DNA from: Haliotis rubra
Taxonomy: Eukaryota
Assembly (NCBI RefSeq): GCF_003918875.1
Contig: NW_025767214.1
Coordinates: 620,001-684,000, forward strand
Length of the DNA stretch: 64,000 bases
Direction: 5' to 3'
Position 1 is the stretch's first letter. Each line of letters begins with the position of its first letter. Shown in pieces: positions 57,316 through 64,000 of this stretch. A program made the translations under genes and the position numbers. The notes under the pieces are model-generated. The model had not been told where the DNA came from. It made no database searches and saw only the letters and a list, made by a program, of their open reading frames with translations.

Positions 57316-58744
57316 AAGAAGCCTCAAAGTGAAGTCATTGAAATAGCCACCATGTTTAATTTACAAAGGTCTGTCTGTGGCATAATTCACTGCAGACAGT
57401 AACAGGCATGGAATGAGGTGGTGACTGAGGTTTGGCATATACATGTACTGGTGCCACCAGGGATTGACATACCACATGGGCTGAGAGATATAGCTCTGCA
57501 CTCAAATAGAAACAAACCAGTAAGGTCATTTGTGTGAGTTGCATTTATGTAAATTTAGGATATTCTACAAATGAGACAAGGGCATTTGGACTGATAAAAC
57601 CATCATCCTGTTTATTTAGATACTTGCTTGATATGGTGAGTGGGATTTGAAACAGGTTGTTCACACTGTCAAGGATGCTGTTGTAGAAGACTGAAGATCT
57701 AGGGGGTGGGCATGTTGGGTTTGTGGCGAAAGGAACATTGTCACCACTCAGGCTACCCCCAATACCCCCTCCATTTGGTGGTGCCTAGGACTATTAGGGG
57801 AGGACAAGTGTCTGGTGTCCCCAGCCATGGGACACAGTAATTATGAATTTATGATTTAATGTAGAATTCATTTCACACAATGTAAAATATATACCAGTAG
57901 GTATTGCTAGTGGCTTGTTTATATGAATGTTTTACATCCTCATACAGGAATATTGCTGGAGACAAATGGTATTTGTTTATTTCATGATTTCAATATCTAG
58001 ACATTCTTCTAAATCTGCAATTTGAGATCTATCTGTAGGACAGTTTGAATGACAATCAGTCAATATCCTGCAAATGAACCACCTGAAACCCTGCCTTGGT
58101 GAGTGTAAAAGACAGTGTACTTGTGTTTGACATGGGAAATGTTAGGGTTAAAACCTGACACTAGCTCTGTAATGCTGTTTTTATGTATGGATGAACATAC
58201 CTCTATACTTGATCTTTACACCAGATCAAAGTGAAACACAGCATAAACTGATGAATCCAGGTATTATTCCAAGATGGCAATCAACAGAAACCTGTCAACA
58301 ACATACACATGAAATTATTTAAATGTTGATGATTCGCCATTTTTAAAAGGGTAGTTTTTCATGTAGGCAAGATGATATCATATTTATGTATCAAATGAGG
58401 ATGATGGTGAAAACGCTTATGACTGACAAGGTAAGAAATTAATTATATTATTATGCTTCATAATTAGTAATTTCAACTAGCCTGAAAAAATATGTAAAGT
58501 TGTTGCTATGAACATAATGCTACAAGTGGTAGTCTACAAAGAAATGTCTTAAGTCCTTGAAATGAACATGAAATGCTCAAATATTTTCTATCATCCCTGT
58601 TTTGAACAACTCACCACCTAACTGCACACACACTCTTTAATGAACCCAATATTTCCATCCTTTTCGAGGCATTATCTCAAGGAATCATTTTAGTGGCCTT
58701 CTGTGCTATGAGATGGAGAACTATTAGCCTTGAACTCAGCAACC

Positions 58745-58758
58745 GTTGCCCTAGCAAC
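58745..58758. promoter_or_regulatory. RFX X-box motif
   Basis: GTTGCCCTAGCAAC matches GTNRCC-N2-RGYAAC; function untested. Confidence 0.5.
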
Positions 58759-59719
58759 ACTAGAAATGGTTATTTTTACAAGGGATTTTAGCATTCACAA
58801 TAAGGAAACGTGCTCCTACGTCCAGTGGAATATAATAATGTAAACAAAGCCGTACACCGAAAAAAATTGTACTTGATTGATCTCGATTCTATCTTCGCTG
58901 ATTCTATCTTATGGCATGTAGAGACAGAGCCTAATGGGAAGGAAACTATCAACTCGTACACACGAACATGTATCCGCAGGGGTAAAAAAATAGGATTGCC
59001 CGACTCCCGGGTACAGTATGTATTCGACGTCGGACAGGTAATAAATGCATTTTAACTTGCCCGGTGGCAAGTGACATTTACAAATCAGCCTAACTTGAAA
59101 ATGGTATGTTGCGTACATAAGTCGACTCCCAGCGATGGGGGTGTAATCGTGGCCAAGACAACTGGCAGTTACTGAGCCAGTACCGATAATTGAAACTTCG
59201 GTCTGCATTATTCACAGAAATCACAATCATATAGTGTCTACTCACGTCTCGAAATCAAGTGTAGTTGACAGAAAATGGATACTTATATATATTTTGTTTC
59301 GCTAAATATATTCATCGTAGCTGGACGATCACATGTCAACAAACTGGCTTTGTTATATTACCCCATTCCATGTGCGTACAACCAGGGAGACTCTATAAGG
59401 GGGAGTGGTCACTCCTCGGAAAGCTCCTAAGCTATGCCTCGGCTCGTCACGTGACCAGTGCAGCCAATATGGCGGCAGCGTAGTTTTTAAGATTGAGCCC
59501 GGTTTATTTTCAACAGCTGATTACATACGCTGAGTGTTGTGACAACTGAAAACCTACATGTAGAAGATAAGTTACCTATTCTGTCACTTCATTTGAAGTC
59601 AAATACTTGTTATTAGTGTCAGTATAAGTACAGTAGCTTTGTAGTAAAGTTTCAAGTGGGCATGTTGTAGCTCACTGGCTTCAATTCTCAGTACACAGCG
59701 AAGAAAGACTAAATTATAT

Positions 59720-60832
59720 CGCTAAAAACTTCTTTCACATATTCGTTTAATTTTTAGAGGAAATATACCTTTAGTTAAAAGGTGTTTGCAAGTAATAGTG
59801 ATATTTTATGACTAAAAATTTGTTAGGGTGTATTTGAGGCGTGTGAAAAATATGACATATCGCCGATCTGCCATTGAAATACTACAGGGCGTTGTTTGAG
59901 TGTTTCTAGTTAGTGTTCAAAAACATCTTTCACATACACCTTCAATTTTTAGAAGGGAAATATCCCTTTAGTTAAAAGGTGTTTGCAAGTAATAGTGATA
60001 TTTTTATGACTAAAATTTTTTTGTTAGGGTGTATTTGAGGTGTGTGAAAAATATGACATATCGCCGATCTGCCATTGAAATACTACAGGGCGTTGTTTGA
60101 GTGTTTCTAGTTAGTGTTCAAAAACATCTTTCACATACACCTTCAATTTTTAGAAGGGAAATATCCCTTTAGTTAAAAGGTGTTTGCAAGTAATAGTGAT
60201 ATTTTTATGACTAAAATTTTTGTTGGGTGCATTTGAGGTAGGAAAAATATATTTGAGGTGTGTGAGTTGTTTCTAGTTAGTGTTCAAAACATCTTTCACA
60301 TACACCTTCAATTTTTAGAGGAAATTATACCTTTAGTTAAAAGGTGTTTTGCAAGTAATAAAGTGATATTTTTATGACTAAAATTTTTGTTAGGGTGTAT
60401 TTGAGGTGTGTGAAAAATATGACATATCTCCGATCTGCCATTGAAATACTACAGGGCGTTGTTTTGAGTGGTTCTAGTTAGTGTTCAAAACATCTTTCAC
60501 ATACACCTTCAATTTTATGTGAGGGAATATACCATCAGGTGAAAAGGTGTTTGCAAGTAATAGTGATAGTTTTATAATTTAAAAAATTGTTAGTGTGTAT
60601 TTGAGGTGTGTGAAAAATATGACATATCGCCGATCTGCCATTGAAATACTACAGGGCGTTGTTTGAGTGTTTCTAGTTATTGTTCTAAAACATCTTTCAC
60701 ATACACCTTTAATTTTTATGAGGGAATATACCATCAGGTGAAAGTTTTTGCAAGTAATAGTGATAGTTTTAATTTTTTTTTGTTGTTAGTGTGTATTTGA
60801 GGTGTGTGAAAAATATGACATATCGCCGATCT
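59720..60832. repeat. Tandem repeat of about 200 bp, 5-6 copies, each with an internal inverted repeat
   Basis: AAAACATCTTTCACATACACCTTCAA...TTGAGGTGTGTGAAAAATATGACATATCGCCGATCTG recurs at about 59920, 60121, 60287, 60487 and 60687. Confidence 0.9.
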
Positions 60833-61989
60833 GTTCTGATACGCCATTGGTGCTGTGATGCTTGAGTGTTATAGTTCTAAAACTTCTTTCTTTCTTGTTG
60901 ATCTTAGTATTTGACAAAACTGGAAAGGTGTTTGCAAGGCTTTGTGATAGTTCTAAACTTTCTGTTCTTGAGGGGTCTGTGACAGTGTCAGTTAACATTC
61001 TGTTAATGTCAATGCCCATGTCATTCCACACATGCAATAAGATATCTGAATTAGTTACTAATGTAAAAAATGTCTCAGAGTAATTTTTTTGAAAAAGGAC
61101 AGCTGATGTTAACATGTGTTCTACCGATAGTTTGCGTTCTTTAACATGTTTGGGGGAGGGATGGCCGTGGTGTATCATTTATTCTTTCATTCACTTACCA
61201 TGTTCGTGAGGGTCCGTATAACCTAGTGTTGATTATACATTTTACATTTATAGAACAAAAACTGTAATTAAAATTACGCAATGCTAGGATATATTTCTTT
61301 GGGTTAAATATTAGTGTTCTGTATTCTATTTTACTGATGTCTTCATCAGAATTCATCCCGTTATATTATTGTGCATGTTTGAACTTGATCGCCGGGAAAC
61401 GTGGGCACAGCTCATTGCTTTTTTCGGCTCTATATACGAGACAAATACACACGGCAATCCTAATCCCTGCAAATAATATAATGCCTAGCAAAACAAATTA
61501 GAACTGAAAAGGTAAAAAATCTCGTCTAGTGATGTTTAATTGCAAATTTGACGTCTTTACTGACAAAGTTGTTTTCTGTTGTTCGTCCACGCGAAACGGT
61601 ACGATGTCGTTCTTACTGGTCACCTGAAAAAAGTTTGGCTGACGAAAGTGTTACCCGTAGGTATAAGCCGACCCCCTTCTACAAGCTGTCGTTTTTGGTC
61701 TTCAAAATTCGGCTTATCGTACCTAATCCGAACTTCTAAAAGTTAACTCGTAACCACAATTTTATTGTCACATTTATAAACATGGGCACGAGTTCGTTTT
61801 AGATTCACCGCACACCTTGTTTTCATTTGCGCTTAGAGGGGTGGGTCGTATTTCAATACATTGGGACTAGGTTTCTTCTTGCATTAGTTAGTACAAGAGG
61901 GCAATCGCTTAGGAGATGATGTTATAGTCAGTGGGCATGGCGACAAGAAAACACGGTTTGTAGCTGTCAATGATTACTAGACCGCGATA

Positions 61990-64000
61990 ATGTCACAGCG
62001 ATCTATTTCAAGTTTCTTTGGCGGCGGGGAAAGAAAAGAAACAGAAAAAAGAAAATCAGATGACATAACGGGCAGCATTTCGTCTAAAAACAAGAAATAT
62101 GACACTGAAAAACGGCAAAGAAAATTTATTTCTTCGTGGAAAACTCTTTACCCCTGGGTTGTTCACGATGAGGAACAAAACGTCATGAGGTGTGAAATTT
62201 GTGTTAAATTTCCAGACATTTGTGCTAAAAACAGGAAACATGCTTTTGTAGATGGGTGCAACAATTTTAGACTTGATTATTTGAAAAGTCACGATACTTC
62301 AGATGCACATCTGGAATGTGTTTCATATCACAAAGCGGCTCTAAAGTCGCAAGGGAATGTGGACTGTTCTTCAAGTATACCTACCAGTATAAGTGAAACA
62401 GCTGCAAAAATTAAACCAATAGTGAAAGCATTCAAGTCTATTGACACATACACCCTGAGAAGACTTGACAGGTTGTTCATTACAGCGTTTCAGATCGCGC
62501 ATAAGGGGAAACCCCTTAGTGACTTTGAAGCGAATCTTGAGTTACTTGAACGTCTTGACGTGGATGTGGGGACCAAATATCGTAACAACGCTGGTGTACG
62601 TTCCTTCATTCACGCAATAGCCCTTTCCTTTCGGAAAAGTTTCCTTAGCGAGCTAAAGAATGCCAAATTTCTAACAATAATGAGTGATGGCAGTACAGAC
62701 ACCGCTGTTATGGAGCAGGAAACAGTTTTTGTTAGATATGTGAGTCTGTCGGGGGAACCCATCTCTTTCCATGCCGCAACAGTCCCTCTGTCTCACTGCC
62801 ATGCCGACGGCGTTCTTGAAGGAATCAAGTCAGCTGTGTCCACACTCGGCTTTACATACGAGAATCTGGTGGACCCAGACTATGCAGGACCACACTTGGT
62901 GTCAGTTAATTTTGATGGGGCTGCTGTAATGTTAGGGTCAAAAGGTGGTGTGGCAGCCAAAATCAAGGATGATGCAAATTATGTTGTGCCTGTGCATTGC
63001 ATTGCACACAAGCTAGAACTTGCCGTTTTAGACTCTGTGAAAGATTTGCCACAACTTGCTAGCTTTGAGAACACTTTGAAACAAGTTTTGAAGTTTTACT
63101 ATTATAGCCCTAAAATGAGACGGGAACTAAAGCAAGTTTCAGAAATTTTCAACACTGAGCTTGTTAGTCTGTCTGATGTCAAGCAAGTGCGCTGGTTGGC
63201 AAGCAAAATCCGTGCTGTTCAAGCATTAAAGATTGGATTCCACACAATCATTAACCACATTGAATCTGTGGCAACAGGAAGAACTGAACAAAGTGCAAAA
63301 GCCAAAGGATGGCTGAAGAAAATGCTGACCTCTTCCTTCATAAAAGTTATGAGTGTACTTCTTGATATTCTCCCAATCCTTACTGAGGTGTCTCTTCTGT
63401 TCCAGACAGAGGATTTGCTCATTATTGAGGTAAGTGGAGCCCTTGAAGGACTGATACTGAAGCTCATGAATCTCAAGATCGAACCTTTGCTAGTTGGTGA
63501 ACACATGAGGAATTTCTCTGACAAGTACAACCACGAGACAGGTACCTATGATGGTATCAGACTCAGAGACAGTTGTACTCCCATCATCTTCAAGGAAGAT
63601 GTCTTCCTGAACTCATTGCTTGATGGTATGATGAAGTACCTTGACAAGAGATTTGCATGTTTCAGCCAGAAACCACTGAAATGTTTCAGTGTGTTCAACT
63701 ATGCTGATTGGCCCTCTGACAGAGCAGCACTGAGTGTTTATGGAAACACAGACCTATCTGAACTGGTAGATCACTATGCCTTGCTGTTTCCTGATGAAAA
63801 GTCACTCATCCTGCGTGAATTCACAGAACTCAAAGGGCACCTGAAATCATGCAAACAGCCTGTGCTTGAAACATACATAAAGTTACTGGTTGATAAACCT
63901 GAAAGATTTGTGCATGTTATCAAGATTATTGAATTGATGTTTGTCATGAGTCCCGGAACCGCGGTTTGTGAAAGGCTTTTTTCAAATATGAACCTTGTCA
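61990..64000 (+). CDS. hAT-superfamily transposase (ZNF862/Tip100-like), uninterrupted, truncated by the window end
   Basis: 670 codons from ATG 61990 with no stop. TTF-type zinc finger (W..YPW..CEIC..H..S..H), IMSDGSTD, NFDGAAVM, HCIAHKLELA, VRW and TAVCERLFS supply the DDE triad and CxxH. Confidence 0.92.
   Translation, partial: MSQRSISSFFGGGERKETEKRKSDDITGSISSKNKKYDTEKRQRKFISSWKTLYPWVVHDEEQNVMRCEICVKFPDICAKNRKHAFVDGCNNFRLDYLKSHDTSDAHLECVSYHKAALKSQGNVDCSSSIPTSISETAAKIKPIVKAFKSIDTYTLRRLDRLFITAFQIAHKGKPLSDFEANLELLERLDVDVGTKYRNNAGVRSFIHAIALSFRKSFLSELKNAKFLTIMSDGSTDTAVMEQETVFVRYVSLSGEPISFHAATVPLSHCHADGVLEGIKSAVSTLGFTYENLVDPDYAGPHLVSVNFDGAAVMLGSKGGVAAKIKDDANYVVPVHCIAHKLELAVLDSVKDLPQLASFENTLKQVLKFYYYSPKMRRELKQVSEIFNTELVSLSDVKQVRWLASKIRAVQALKIGFHTIINHIESVATGRTEQSAKAKGWLKKMLTSSFIKVMSVLLDILPILTEVSLLFQTEDLLIIEVSGALEGLILKLMNLKIEPLLVGEHMRNFSDKYNHETGTYDGIRLRDSCTPIIFKEDVFLNSLLDGMMKYLDKRFACFSQKPLKCFSVFNYADWPSDRAALSVYGNTDLSELVDHYALLFPDEKSLILREFTELKGHLKSCKQPVLETYIKLLVDKPERFVHVIKIIELMFVMSPGTAVCERLFSNMNLV

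Noticed and set aside
63219-63530. Minus-strand ORFs at 62056-62292 and 63219-63530
   Set aside because: Antisense shadows of the hAT transposase frame.

Overview
Eukaryotic (animal) genomic DNA. The intron-rich genes and tRNA-derived SINEs with (ACTC)n tails suggest a marine invertebrate, probably a mollusc; this is inference. Four host genes lie in two head-to-head pairs: TMEM184C-like (-, 9 coding exons) with spartin/SPG20 (+, 6 coding exons), and a 9-unit polyubiquitin (-) with calnexin (+, about 20 coding exons; perfect ERSE in its promoter). Also present are a 5'-truncated L2/CR1-type LINE, several SINE families, many hAT, PIF, Tc1 and MULE-type MITEs, several minisatellites, and an uninterrupted hAT (ZNF862-like) transposase ORF that runs off the window end and is absent from the ORF track. 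The most notable signal is in calnexin: two tandem paralogous phase-0 exons each encode a complete transmembrane segment with juxtamembrane cysteines (44881-45000 and 45445-45573). They sit in a dense set of intronic complementary sequences, including a long-range duplex that spans the second exon and covers a third, cryptic CAG|GTAAGT donor. This is a candidate RNA-structure-controlled, mutually exclusive membrane-anchor switch. Small indels in conserved genes indicate an error-prone assembly, so frameshifts should be treated cautiously.
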